Assembly (NCBI GenBank): GCA_024681595.1
Contig: JAILAN010000101.1
Location: forward strand, 1,976 to 65,975
Direction of reading: 5' to 3'
DNA from: Lachnospiraceae bacterium
Lineage (GTDB): Bacteria > Bacillota > Clostridia > Lachnospirales > Lachnospiraceae
Length of the DNA stretch: 64,000 nt
Below the pieces are notes generated by a model. That model saw nothing but the letters and a program-made list of their open reading frames with translations. It had not been told where the DNA came from and made no database searches. Position 1 is the stretch's first letter, and every line of letters begins with the position of its first letter. A program made the translations under genes and the position numbers. Shown piece after piece: positions 1 to 9,342 of the stretch.

Positions 1-1335
1 ATGGACAGATACCAGGGGACTGCCTATAAGCTCCTTTACAGCGTGGAGTTTGAGGATGGAACAGACGATAAAGCCCGGGAGATGATCACTGACAGGGTCA
101 GAGAACTTCTTCAGTTTTCGCTGCGAAACAGTGACATCATGATGCAGATAGGTGCCAGCCATTTCTTTTTACTGCTCCCCGAAATAAATGAATACAACGC
201 CGTCAGGGTAACCGACAGGATAGAAAAAGCCTGGCAGAAGGAGGGCTTCAGTGACAGGGCCCATCTGAAAGTTGATATGGACAGTATCAACTCAGGCGCT
301 AAGCCCGGGGAAAATGTCAGGGAAAAGAAACCTGACTGGGTGGTTGTGGTAGACGATGACAGAGCAAATCTTATCATGGTCGGAAACATACTAAGCAAGA
401 ATAATATGCGTGTAAGCGCATTACCCTCCGGAGCGGCTTTTCTGGAATTTATGAAGGAAAACATTCCGGACCTGATACTTCTGGATATAAATATGCCGGA
501 TATGGATGGATTTGAAGCCTATGAGAAATTAAGGCAGCTTGGAGGAGCAGCATCCAGAGTTCCCGTTATTTTTCTGACTGCCGATGAATCGGAAGAAACC
601 GAAACCAGGGGACTTGCACTGGGAGCTATGGACTTTGTCAGAAAGCCGATAATACCGGAGAGCCTGATACTTAGAGTAAAAAGGACTCTTCAGCTTATAC
701 TGCTTCAGGATCATCTGTATGAGGAAGTGGAGAGGAAGACCGAAGAGAACAGGAATCTGTCCATAGATATTGTAAAGGCACTGGCAGAAGCCATAGATGC
801 CAAGGATACATATACTAACGGACACTCGAGCCGCGTGGCGGACTATGCGAGGATGATAGCGCTAAGATACGGTTATCCCGAAGACAGGCTCGATGATATT
901 TATATGATGGGATTGCTGCACGATGTCGGCAAGATCGGTATACCGAATTCAATAATCAACAAGCCCGCCAAATTAAATGACGATGAGTACGAGGTAATCA
1001 AAGGACATCCTGAAATGGGAGCCAAAATACTCAAAAATATCACTGAAATGCCCTCGTTGGCCATGGGAGCCAGGTGGCATCACGAAAGATACAGCGGTGG
1101 AGGATATCCGGATAACCTCAAGGGCGAAGATATTCCGGAAGAGGCCAGGATCATTGCGGTTGCTGATGCATATGACGCAATGAGCAGCCGCCGAAGCTAC
1201 AGGGATATACTGCCGCAGGACAAGGTTCGCTCCGAGATAGAAAACGGTAAGGGGACTCAGTTTGACCCTGATTTTGCCGAGATAATGCTTCATCTGATAG
1301 ATGAAGATAAGGAATATAAAATGAGAGAAGAATAA
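1..1335 (+). CDS. Receiver (REC) + HD-GYP phosphodiesterase with a degenerate GGDEF-like N-terminal fragment; 5' end probably cut by the window edge
   Basis: The ORF runs from base 1. 'RNSDIMMQIGASHFFLLLP' aligns to the R-x-GGDEF-x-LLP core of diguanylate cyclases, but GGDEF is GASHF and the first half of that domain is absent. REC block: 'VVVVDDD...LILLDINMPDMDG'. HD-GYP block: 'LLHDVGKIGIP', 'HHERYSGGGYP', 'AVADAYDAM'. Confidence 0.85.
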   Translation: MDRYQGTAYKLLYSVEFEDGTDDKAREMITDRVRELLQFSLRNSDIMMQIGASHFFLLLPEINEYNAVRVTDRIEKAWQKEGFSDRAHLKVDMDSINSGAKPGENVREKKPDWVVVVDDDRANLIMVGNILSKNNMRVSALPSGAAFLEFMKENIPDLILLDINMPDMDGFEAYEKLRQLGGAASRVPVIFLTADESEETETRGLALGAMDFVRKPIIPESLILRVKRTLQLILLQDHLYEEVERKTEENRNLSIDIVKALAEAIDAKDTYTNGHSSRVADYARMIALRYGYPEDRLDDIYMMGLLHDVGKIGIPNSIINKPAKLNDDEYEVIKGHPEMGAKILKNITEMPSLAMGARWHHERYSGGGYPDNLKGEDIPEEARIIAVADAYDAMSSRRSYRDILPQDKVRSEIENGKGTQFDPDFAEIMLHLIDEDKEYKMREE

Positions 1336-1362
1336 GGGCTTTGACTTAGGATGGAGGGCAAA

Positions 1363-1992
1363 ATGGACAAAAACATCATAAAAAGAAATGATCTGCTGGC
1401 TGAAAAAACGGTTAAGGGTATAAACTCGCGTAATATGACGGGATATTATGCACATGACAAAGATGAAGCCCTGAAAATCGCAATGGAACTGATCCCTGAG
1501 GGCGCTTCGGTAACAATGGGCGGAGGAATGAGTGTCCATGAGATCGGACTGGTCGATCATCTTAAGAACGGAAATTATAACTTCATCGACAGGGACGCAA
1601 TGGAGGATAAGAGAGCGGCAATGCTCGCTGCATATGATGCTGACGTGTTCTTATCCGGAGCAAACGCCATGACCGATGACGGTATCATAGTGAATATCGA
1701 TGGAAACTCAAACAGGGTATCAGCTATAGCTCAGGGACCCAGAAAGGTAATCTTCATAGTTGGGATGAATAAGGTCTGCCCCGATTTTGACTCGGCACTT
1801 AAAAGGGCACGGAACATAGCAGCTCCGGTAAATGCCCAGAGATTCAATCTCGACACACCCTGCTCAAAGACCGGTAAATGCATGGACTGCAAATCCCCTG
1901 ATACGATATGCTGTCAGTTCCTCGTGACCAGGTTTTCAAGACACAAAGACAGGATACATGTGATTCTGGTAAATGAGGATCTTGGCTTCTGA
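1363..1992 (+). CDS. LUD-domain (DUF162, LutC/YkgG-like) protein
   Basis: 'GASVTMGGGMS' and 'VFLSGANAMTDDGIIVNIDGNSNRV' are typical of LUD-domain proteins. C-terminal Cys cluster 'CSKTGKCMDCKSPDTICC'. The ATG at 1363 has GGAGGG just upstream; the ORF-track start is 1351. Confidence 0.7.
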   Translation: MDKNIIKRNDLLAEKTVKGINSRNMTGYYAHDKDEALKIAMELIPEGASVTMGGGMSVHEIGLVDHLKNGNYNFIDRDAMEDKRAAMLAAYDADVFLSGANAMTDDGIIVNIDGNSNRVSAIAQGPRKVIFIVGMNKVCPDFDSALKRARNIAAPVNAQRFNLDTPCSKTGKCMDCKSPDTICCQFLVTRFSRHKDRIHVILVNEDLGF

Positions 1993-2027
1993 GTTATTTC
2001 CATTTTGTTTGATTGGTGTGCGTGACC

Positions 2028-2056
2028 GCTCCGGCCGGTAAGGCCGGAGCTTTTTT
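2028..2056 (+). terminator. Rho-independent terminator after the LUD gene
   Basis: GCTCCGGCC / GGCCGGAGC 9-bp GC-rich stem with a 5-nt loop, followed by TTTTTT. Confidence 0.85.
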
Positions 2057-2067
2057 ATCCTTAATTC

Positions 2068-2081
2068 GTAAAACGTTTTAC
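2068..2081. promoter_or_regulatory. Palindromic operator-like site 1 (GTAAAACGTTTTAC)
   Basis: Perfect 14-bp palindrome with an AAAACGTTTT core, located between the terminator and the operon promoter. Confidence 0.5.
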
Positions 2082-2133
2082 AAAAGATAGCAAGGATTGA
2101 TAGAAATTGGGCATATTATAGCAATATTTTGAA

Positions 2134-2163
2134 TTGACCAAATTTAGTAAAACGTTTTATAAT
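2134..2163 (+). promoter_or_regulatory. Putative sigma-A promoter of the ABC/GH31 operon
   Basis: TTGACC (2134-2139), an 18-nt spacer, then TATAAT (2158-2163). Operator-like site 2 overlaps the spacer and the -10 box. Confidence 0.5.
2147..2160. promoter_or_regulatory. Palindromic operator-like site 2 (GTAAAACGTTTTAT)
   Basis: AAAACGTTTT core at 2149-2158, overlapping the putative -10 box. Confidence 0.5.
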
Positions 2164-2172
2164 ACCATTATA

Positions 2173-2186
2173 GGAAAACGTTTTAT
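2173..2186. promoter_or_regulatory. Palindromic operator-like site 3 (GGAAAACGTTTTAT)
   Basis: AAAACGTTTT core at 2175-2184, just downstream of the putative -10 box. Confidence 0.5.
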
Positions 2187-2223
2187 CGACTGTCGCACAG
2201 ACTTTGATTTTCCAGGGGGTTGC

Positions 2224-3132
2224 ATGAATAAAAGAAAAGCCAGAGGCTACAGGGAGTTTCTTCTGATTCTGCCTTTCATAATCTTAGTAGCTATTTTCTC
2301 ATACTATCCGCTTTACGGATGGGTTTACGCGTTTTTTGATTACAAACCGCCATTTCCGCTGACAAAAGAAACATTTGTCGGCTTAAAGTGGTTTTCGTAT
2401 ATGGTAGACAATGATATCAAGAGAAAGCAGCTGGGCCAGGTCCTTCTCAATACTTTTGCCGTGAGCGGACTGAGCATGCTGTTCTCATGGTTCCCCATGA
2501 TCTTTGCTGTATTTCTTAATGAGATCAAGTGCAAACCTTACAGAAAGTTCGTTCAGACAGCAACGACTCTTCCGAACTTCATCAGCTGGGTGCTGGTTTA
2601 TTCCATAGCATATTGCGTATTCAACACTACCGGTGTTGTAAATACCGTCATGACGGATCTTGGAATCATTTCAAAACCTATAGCATTCCTTAATTCGTCA
2701 GAACATATCTGGTTTAAGATGTGGCTCTGGCTTACCTGGAAAAACGCCGGCTGGGCAGCGATAATGTACATCGCTGCGATCTCGGGTATTGATGAGGAAT
2801 TATATGAAGCAGCCAGAGTGGACGGCGCTAACAGGATACAGCTTATTTTCCATATAACGTTACCTTCGATACTGCCCACGTATTTTGTACTGCTGTTCCT
2901 TAATATAGCCAATTTCCTGTCAAACGGAATGGAGCAGTTCTTCGTATTCCAGAATCCTTTCAACAGGCAGACCATTGAAGTTCTGGATCTGTATGTTTAC
3001 AACCTGGCCATGGGCTCAGGAGGGTATTCACTGTCTACAGCCATAGGTATTCTTAAGAGTGTGGTCAGCATTATCCTGCTCTGTGTGACTAACGGCATAT
3101 CGAAAATGACCAGAGGGGAGGGCTTTATCTGA
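2224..3132 (+). CDS. Sugar ABC transporter permease (LplB/MsmF type)
   Basis: Multi-TM ORF with the permease EAA loop 'EELYEAARVDGANRIQLIFHITLPSILP'. I prefer the ATG at 2224 ('MNKRKARGYREFLLILPF', G-rich RBS upstream). The ORF-track start at 2134 sits inside the promoter/operator region. Confidence 0.85.
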   Translation: MNKRKARGYREFLLILPFIILVAIFSYYPLYGWVYAFFDYKPPFPLTKETFVGLKWFSYMVDNDIKRKQLGQVLLNTFAVSGLSMLFSWFPMIFAVFLNEIKCKPYRKFVQTATTLPNFISWVLVYSIAYCVFNTTGVVNTVMTDLGIISKPIAFLNSSEHIWFKMWLWLTWKNAGWAAIMYIAAISGIDEELYEAARVDGANRIQLIFHITLPSILPTYFVLLFLNIANFLSNGMEQFFVFQNPFNRQTIEVLDLYVYNLAMGSGGYSLSTAIGILKSVVSIILLCVTNGISKMTRGEGFI

Positions 3133-4049
3133 TGAGCAACACTAAGAAAAGAAGAAAAGTCGATCCCGCAGACAGACTGCTGTCCATCGTGACATATGTG
3201 ATATATACATTTTTCACTTTTGTCTGCGTATATCCTTTCTATTATATTTTTATAAACACGATCAGTTCCAACGAACTGAGTCAGAGAGGTAAGATCACAT
3301 TCTGGCCCAAAGAGTTCCATCTGACGAACTATATCAATGTTTCACATATACCGTCGCTTATGGATGCGTTTAACGTATCGTTAAGAAGGACGATCATTGG
3401 AACCCTGTTTACGGTTGCCACATCTGCATTTCTCGGATACATGTTCACCCGCGAGACAATGTGGAAGCGCAAGATTTGGTACAGATTCGTGGTTGCAACC
3501 ATGTATTTCAACGCCGGTATAATCCCGTGGTTTATAACCATGAAGAACCTTGGCTTATACAATAACTTTTGGGTATATATACTGCCCACTGCGGTATCAC
3601 CTTTCTACATCGTACTCTGCAAGACCTTCGTCGAATCGATACCCAAGGAACTGACGGATGCCGCCGAGATCGATGGCGCAGGTACACTCAGAACTTTCTG
3701 GAGCATCATTCTGCCGGTCATCAAGCCTATTTTGGCTACGGTTGCCATTTTCACTGCGGTTGCACAGTGGAACTCGTTCCAGGATACTCTGCTGCTGGTT
3801 ACGGATCAGAAACTGTATACACTTCAGTTTACTCTGTACAACTATATCAATCAGGCCAGTTCTTTAAAATCACTGGTCAATAATGCCACTAACTCGTCAT
3901 CCCTGGCGGCGAGCCTTGCTCACGCAGCTAATGCCACATCTATCAGGATGACGGTTACGATAGTGGTAGTATTCCCCATCATTCTGGTATACCCGATCTT
4001 CCAGAGATTCTTTGTAAAGGGTATCATGATCGGGGCAGTCAAAGGTTAA
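3132..4049 (+). CDS. Sugar ABC transporter permease (LplC/MalG type)
   Basis: EAA loop 'ELTDAAEIDGAGTLRTFWSIILPVIKP'. The start overlaps the previous stop (TGATG). Confidence 0.9.
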   Translation: MSNTKKRRKVDPADRLLSIVTYVIYTFFTFVCVYPFYYIFINTISSNELSQRGKITFWPKEFHLTNYINVSHIPSLMDAFNVSLRRTIIGTLFTVATSAFLGYMFTRETMWKRKIWYRFVVATMYFNAGIIPWFITMKNLGLYNNFWVYILPTAVSPFYIVLCKTFVESIPKELTDAAEIDGAGTLRTFWSIILPVIKPILATVAIFTAVAQWNSFQDTLLLVTDQKLYTLQFTLYNYINQASSLKSLVNNATNSSSLAASLAHAANATSIRMTVTIVVVFPIILVYPIFQRFFVKGIMIGAVKG

Positions 4050-4145
4050 CTTCAGTTATCCGATGCGGAATGCCGGATGTTTGATCATGTCGGATGTCCG
4101 TCGTACCGATAAGGAGAACTGCAAAATTTATAGGGAGGTATAAAT

Positions 4146-5921
4146 ATGAAGTTAAGAAAAGTAACAGCATTACTTCTTGCCGGTGCCATGGTAATGGCTT
4201 CTCTGGCCGGATGCGCCGGACAGGGCGGTGCAGGCACTGCAAGCACAGGTGATGCAGCTACAACTTCGGATGCAGGCGCTGCTACAACTACAACAGACGC
4301 TTCTTCCGGCGATGCTGCAGCATCAGGCGACAAGATGGTTTTCGAGATCTATGATGCAGCCGCTAACTATCAGGGAATGCAGACAGGTTGGTTCCAGAAG
4401 GTAGTTAACGACAGATTCAATGTGGATCTTAACATCATCGCTCCTCAGGTAGCAGGTGATGCCATCTATCAGACCAGAGCAAGTTCAGGAAACCTCGGAG
4501 ACATCGTTCTTCTGGATTCTACTGATTTTGCTGACTGCGTTAAGTCAGGTCTTGTTAAGGACATCAGCGCAGATCTGGGCAACTATCCCAACCTTATGAA
4601 GTTCAAGGAGCAGATAGATGTCTACAACCAGGGCCTTGAAGGCAATGCAGGTGAGATTTACGGTATTCCTACAGAAATGATGGATACTTCACCTTCGTCT
4701 TATTCTCAGGACGTTATCTACTCAAGCCCTCTGTTAAGATGGGACCTTTACAGCGAACTCGGATGCCCCGACATTGCTGACCTCGACGGATTGCTTGATG
4801 TTCTCGATCAGATGATGCAGGCTCATCCTACCAATGATGCCGGTGATCCTGCTTATCCCTTCTCTCTTTGGGCAGACTGGGATGGCGGTGACGGAATGCT
4901 CGGTATCGCTAACGTTGTTCAGCTGACAACATGGTATGGTGAAAAGTTAAGAGGTTCAATGATCCTCAAGCCCGACGGAACATTTACTCCTTTAACTGAC
5001 AAGACAGCTTCTTACTACAAGATCCTTAAGTTCCTCAACAATGCATACAGAAGAGGACTTGTTGATCCTGATTCAGGAACACAGGATTGGAACTCTGCAT
5101 GTGCCAAGATGGGTGCAGGTCAGGTTTACCTCATGTGGTACAGCTGGCAGGTTGGTTTCTGGAACAGCCAGGAAAGACTTGAGAACGGTACAGCATTTAT
5201 CTTCATTCCCGTTCAGGATCAGAACTACTACTGTGATGCAGATGCATACTTCGGATCAGGCCGTGTATTCGGTGTAGGATCTCAGGTAGACGATGCCAAG
5301 TACCAGAAGATCATGGAATTCCTTGACTGGTATGCTTCTCCCGAAGGAGCTACTTTCGAGCACACAGGAATCAAGGACTTTAACTATACTGTAAATGATG
5401 ACGGTACATATACCGCTATCAACACCAACGCTCTGATGGATAACCTTCCGGTTCCCGAAGAGTACGGCGGAGGCGGCTACAATGATGGTAACAACGCTAT
5501 CAACCAGTGGATCGTAAGTTCAAACTCAACCAACCCTGAGACCGGTGAGACCTATAACAAGGAATACTGGAAGTCATGGAAGGAAGCTACATCTACCCAG
5601 ATGAAGAAGGATTGGCAGGCAAGATTCAATGCTGAAGAGCCGGTTGACTGGATGAAGAAGAATAACAAGCTCGTTATCAGCCCTAACGTATCAGTATCAC
5701 TTGATTCAGATACAGCTGATATTGCAGTTATCCGTAACCAGTGTAATGAGATCGTATGTGACTACTCTTGGAAGATGATCTTCGTTAATGACGATGCTTC
5801 ATTCGACGCTATGTGGGATGAGATGACCGCTTCATTAGAGGGTAACGGATTCAAGGATCTGTGCGATTTCGACCAGACCAAGCATCAGAAAGAGCTTGAT
5901 GCCAAGAACAAGTACAAATAA
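4146..5921 (+). CDS. Large extracellular solute-binding lipoprotein (LplA type)
   Basis: Lipoprotein signal 'LLLAGAMVMASLAGC' followed by an Ala/Thr/Asp/Ser-rich tether. Length is about 590 aa. GGGAGG RBS upstream. Last gene of the transporter trio. Confidence 0.85.
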   Translation: MKLRKVTALLLAGAMVMASLAGCAGQGGAGTASTGDAATTSDAGAATTTTDASSGDAAASGDKMVFEIYDAAANYQGMQTGWFQKVVNDRFNVDLNIIAPQVAGDAIYQTRASSGNLGDIVLLDSTDFADCVKSGLVKDISADLGNYPNLMKFKEQIDVYNQGLEGNAGEIYGIPTEMMDTSPSSYSQDVIYSSPLLRWDLYSELGCPDIADLDGLLDVLDQMMQAHPTNDAGDPAYPFSLWADWDGGDGMLGIANVVQLTTWYGEKLRGSMILKPDGTFTPLTDKTASYYKILKFLNNAYRRGLVDPDSGTQDWNSACAKMGAGQVYLMWYSWQVGFWNSQERLENGTAFIFIPVQDQNYYCDADAYFGSGRVFGVGSQVDDAKYQKIMEFLDWYASPEGATFEHTGIKDFNYTVNDDGTYTAINTNALMDNLPVPEEYGGGGYNDGNNAINQWIVSSNSTNPETGETYNKEYWKSWKEATSTQMKKDWQARFNAEEPVDWMKKNNKLVISPNVSVSLDSDTADIAVIRNQCNEIVCDYSWKMIFVNDDASFDAMWDEMTASLEGNGFKDLCDFDQTKHQKELDAKNKYK

Positions 5922-5963
5922 ATAAAGCCATTATAGTTATACATAGTTGTTTTATTAAACGGA

Positions 5964-5993
5964 GGGGAGCGTGGTAATGCGCTCCCTTTTGTT
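5964..5993 (+). terminator. Rho-independent terminator-like hairpin after the binding-protein gene
   Basis: GGGAGCG / CGCTCCC stem followed by TTTTGTTT. Confidence 0.65.
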
Positions 5994-6054
5994 TAAACAA
6001 TCCGTTTGTTGTATTTTGCGGGAAAACTCTTAGCGGGTTATGAGAGGATATTAA

Positions 6055-8451
6055 ATGCTCGAGGTAAACAAAGGAACCAGTTCACATATAAATAATTTTA
6101 TAAAGGATCAAAAAGGGATTTACTTTGAGTCCGATGCAGCATTGCTGTTCGTTGGCGCCGTGTCGGATAATATCGTACATATCCGTTACAGTACGGACGG
6201 CATCAGGCAAAGGCAGGGATATTCTTTTGTTACTGCCGAAGAATCTGATCCTGAAACAAGCATGGAATTATCCATGGATGATGACCGGGCGATGATCCGG
6301 CTTAAAGATCTTACATTGGAGATCGACAGATCAAACAGCGCTGTCACTTTTATGGACGGTGAAGGGAATATTCTGCTTCGTCCCGATAATGAGTGCCCGT
6401 TTGATCTTGATAAATATGAACTTTACAGCGTTAATGACGAAGACAAGACGATCGAAAAGATCAGTACTCCGGACGGTATAAAGGAAAAGATAATACCCGG
6501 GTCAAAGATCTTTGATCGTTTTACATACAGATGCAGATATTCGTTTAGATTTGATGATAATGAGAACCTGTACGGCCTCGGCCAGTTTGAGGACGGATAT
6601 GGTTCGCTAAGAGGACAGAGGCTGTACCTTAATCAGGCCAATCGAAGGATAATCATTCCCTATATGATATCCACCAGAGGCTACGGGATGCTTTTTAATA
6701 TGCATTCCCCTATGATATTTAATGATACTGCGGCCGGCTCCTATATATATGCATCATCCTCTGATGCGGTTGATTTTTATTTTGTTAACGGCGGCGATAT
6801 TCAGGGTGCTCAGAGAGCATACAGATTTCTGACCGACAAGGCTGCGATCATGCCCAAATGGGCCTTTGGGTACATGCAGTCACAGGAAAGATACGAGACT
6901 CAGGAAGAGATATTGAAGATCGCAAAGGAATACAGAAATCGCGGTATAGGACTTGATACCGTGATCCTGGACTGGTGCTCATGGCCCGATGGTCAATGGG
7001 GACAAAAGACATTTGATGAACAAAGGTTTCCAAATCCAAAGGATATGGTCAGATCTCTGCATGATATGAACACTCATTTTATGATATCCATCTGGCCGAA
7101 TATGGATGAGGGAACTCCCAATCACAGGGAATTTACGGACAACGGTCTTATGCTTAAGGATTCAAATACTTATAATGCATTTGATCCCGAAGGCAGACTG
7201 TTGTATTGGAAGCAGGCAAATGAAGGGTTATACCAAAACGGTGTTGACGCATGGTGGTGTGATAACTCCGAACCGTACGATCCGAGCTGGACTCAAAAGG
7301 TTAAGCCCGATCCTGCCAAACACTTTGATGATTATGTTGAAGAAACCTTCAGACATATGGATCCTGATTATTCGAATACATACGCGTATTTCCATGCCAT
7401 GGGAGTATATGAAGGACAAAGGACCGAGAATGCCCGGATAATCAATGCAGATGGATACGATCCGCTCCTTTGGGATAAAAGAGTTGTAAACCTCACCAGA
7501 AGCGCATATCTGGGATCACAGAAATACGGAACGATATTATGGTCGGGAGATATAGATGCCAAATGGAGCGTTCTTAAAAAACAGATAGCTGCAGGCCTTA
7601 ATTTCTGTGCATCCGGAATGCCATACTGGACTCTCGACATCGGTGCTTTCTTTATTAAAAAAGGAGATTACTGGTACTGGAACGGAGAGTATGAAGGCGG
7701 ATTTGACGACGAAAAATACAGGGAACTCTTTGTCAGATGGTATTGGTTCGGAGCGTTCCTTCCGATCTTCCGCGGGCACGGGACCGATATCCGCAGAGAA
7801 CTGTTTTATTGCAAGAACGGGAAAAGGGCATATTATGATTCACTTATAAGAGCCAACAGGCTTAGATACGAATTGTTCTATTACATCTATTCGTATGCCG
7901 GCAGATGCTATGTTACGGACGAGAATATAATGAATCCTCTGGCTGTGGATTTTAGCAGCGATGACAGAGCATGTGCGGTCAATGATCAGTATATGTTCGG
8001 ACATGAATTGATGGTATGCCCCGTTTATGAACCAATGGAAGACGGCAAAGATACTGTTACGAGACGTGTTTATCTGCCCGAAGGGATCGGCTGGTATGAT
8101 TATATTTCCAAGTGCCGCTACGCAGGAGGCCAGTATATCGATGTTGATGTACCGATAGACAGTATTCCGATATTTGTCCGTGACGGCTCGATAATACCCA
8201 GGACCAACATAGACGATCTGTCGGTTCTGTCGACCGAAACCTTAAAAAACGAGATCGAACTTGATGTATACGGTAACGGATACAGGGGATTCCTTTTTTA
8301 TGATGATGCAGGGGACGGCTATGGATATGAGAGCGGTCAGTACGTTCTGAAGAAGTTTGAGTATGACAGCGATAACGGCAATATCAGCGAAGACATCATC
8401 TGCGACGGATATGCGACCGATATCCGGATCACACATATAAACTTGATTTGA
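6055..8451 (+). CDS. Glycoside hydrolase family 31 (alpha-glucosidase/alpha-xylosidase-like), cytoplasmic
   Basis: GH31 nucleophile-region motif 'GVDAWWCDNSEPY' and 'ILWSGDIDAKW'. About 800 aa with no signal peptide. Confidence 0.85.
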   Translation: MLEVNKGTSSHINNFIKDQKGIYFESDAALLFVGAVSDNIVHIRYSTDGIRQRQGYSFVTAEESDPETSMELSMDDDRAMIRLKDLTLEIDRSNSAVTFMDGEGNILLRPDNECPFDLDKYELYSVNDEDKTIEKISTPDGIKEKIIPGSKIFDRFTYRCRYSFRFDDNENLYGLGQFEDGYGSLRGQRLYLNQANRRIIIPYMISTRGYGMLFNMHSPMIFNDTAAGSYIYASSSDAVDFYFVNGGDIQGAQRAYRFLTDKAAIMPKWAFGYMQSQERYETQEEILKIAKEYRNRGIGLDTVILDWCSWPDGQWGQKTFDEQRFPNPKDMVRSLHDMNTHFMISIWPNMDEGTPNHREFTDNGLMLKDSNTYNAFDPEGRLLYWKQANEGLYQNGVDAWWCDNSEPYDPSWTQKVKPDPAKHFDDYVEETFRHMDPDYSNTYAYFHAMGVYEGQRTENARIINADGYDPLLWDKRVVNLTRSAYLGSQKYGTILWSGDIDAKWSVLKKQIAAGLNFCASGMPYWTLDIGAFFIKKGDYWYWNGEYEGGFDDEKYRELFVRWYWFGAFLPIFRGHGTDIRRELFYCKNGKRAYYDSLIRANRLRYELFYYIYSYAGRCYVTDENIMNPLAVDFSSDDRACAVNDQYMFGHELMVCPVYEPMEDGKDTVTRRVYLPEGIGWYDYISKCRYAGGQYIDVDVPIDSIPIFVRDGSIIPRTNIDDLSVLSTETLKNEIELDVYGNGYRGFLFYDDAGDGYGYESGQYVLKKFEYDSDNGNISEDIICDGYATDIRITHINLI

Positions 8452-8478
8452 AACAGTTTTAGTGCGAAAATAGTTCCT

Positions 8479-9342
8479 ATGAAAAAAATATCTTTATGTG
8501 TGATCGCACTTATTATATGTATCGGAATGCTGTCCGCACCTGCGATAAAGGCTGCGGCAGCTCCTACTCCGACACCTGTTGCTACGGGCAAAAGTGTTGA
8601 AGAACAGTTATATGAATACTATACCGTACTTGCCCAGCAGGAGCAGGCCAAAGGTAATGCAAAAGCCGCAGACGATGCCAGAAAAAAGGCCCAGGAGTAT
8701 GCGGCTATTGTTAATGCACAAAAGAACGGTAACTATAAACCCGGGATCATAGCCACTCCCCGCAAGAGTGTTCTTGACACGGCCACATCATATTACGATA
8801 CAGGAAACGGATGGTCATCATCTCTGGATGGGATGACATTTAAACATAATAAGACAGGCGAGATCTATTACAGCTATAAAGGGCTGACGACCGATTATCC
8901 TGATTTCGGCAAGTTCATATATACCGGAGATACCTGCAAGGTAATGGTATGTGCCTGCTGTGAGAGATTAAAAAGATACGGGATACTCACCTATGAAAAT
9001 GCGTGTGACAAGATGAAAGCCGAAGGCTATTCGCTTAGAAGCGCCGATAAGAGAGCACTGATACAATGGGTTGACCCGAATGTAACCCAGGTCAGATTTA
9101 CCCATAATGCCATGATATGTGTCTTTGAGAGGGATTATTCTCTGACACCGTATGCAACTCCCTCGGAGTTCTATAATGATTCATATCTTTATACACCTAC
9201 TCCGTCGGCTACACCTTATCCGTATGACTCTAATGAAAGGATCTATGCTACTCCGACACCAACTGCCACAGTAACTCCTGTCTATACACCGACAGCAACT
9301 CCGTACAGTGTTCAGGATGCTGAAAGATACAGGGTTAACTGA
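8479..9342 (+). CDS. Secreted hypothetical protein with Pro/Thr-rich termini
   Basis: Signal peptide 'MKKISLCVIALIICIGMLSAPAIKAAAA'. TPTP-type repeats at both ends. Central Cys cluster 'CKVMVCACCERLKRY'. I recognise no domain. Confidence 0.6.
   Translation: MKKISLCVIALIICIGMLSAPAIKAAAAPTPTPVATGKSVEEQLYEYYTVLAQQEQAKGNAKAADDARKKAQEYAAIVNAQKNGNYKPGIIATPRKSVLDTATSYYDTGNGWSSSLDGMTFKHNKTGEIYYSYKGLTTDYPDFGKFIYTGDTCKVMVCACCERLKRYGILTYENACDKMKAEGYSLRSADKRALIQWVDPNVTQVRFTHNAMICVFERDYSLTPYATPSEFYNDSYLYTPTPSATPYPYDSNERIYATPTPTATVTPVYTPTATPYSVQDAERYRVN

Noticed and set aside
973-1560. 195-aa minus-strand ORF spanning the HD-GYP gene end and the LUD gene start
   Set aside because: It crosses an intergenic region and two supported plus-strand genes. 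This is a shadow ORF.
2068-2186. Interpreting the AAAACGTTTT sites as CcpA cre boxes
   Set aside because: The half-site reads GTAAAAC/GGAAAAC, not the TGWAANC of cre. Similarity is limited to the central CG and the A/T flanks, so I left the binding factor unassigned.
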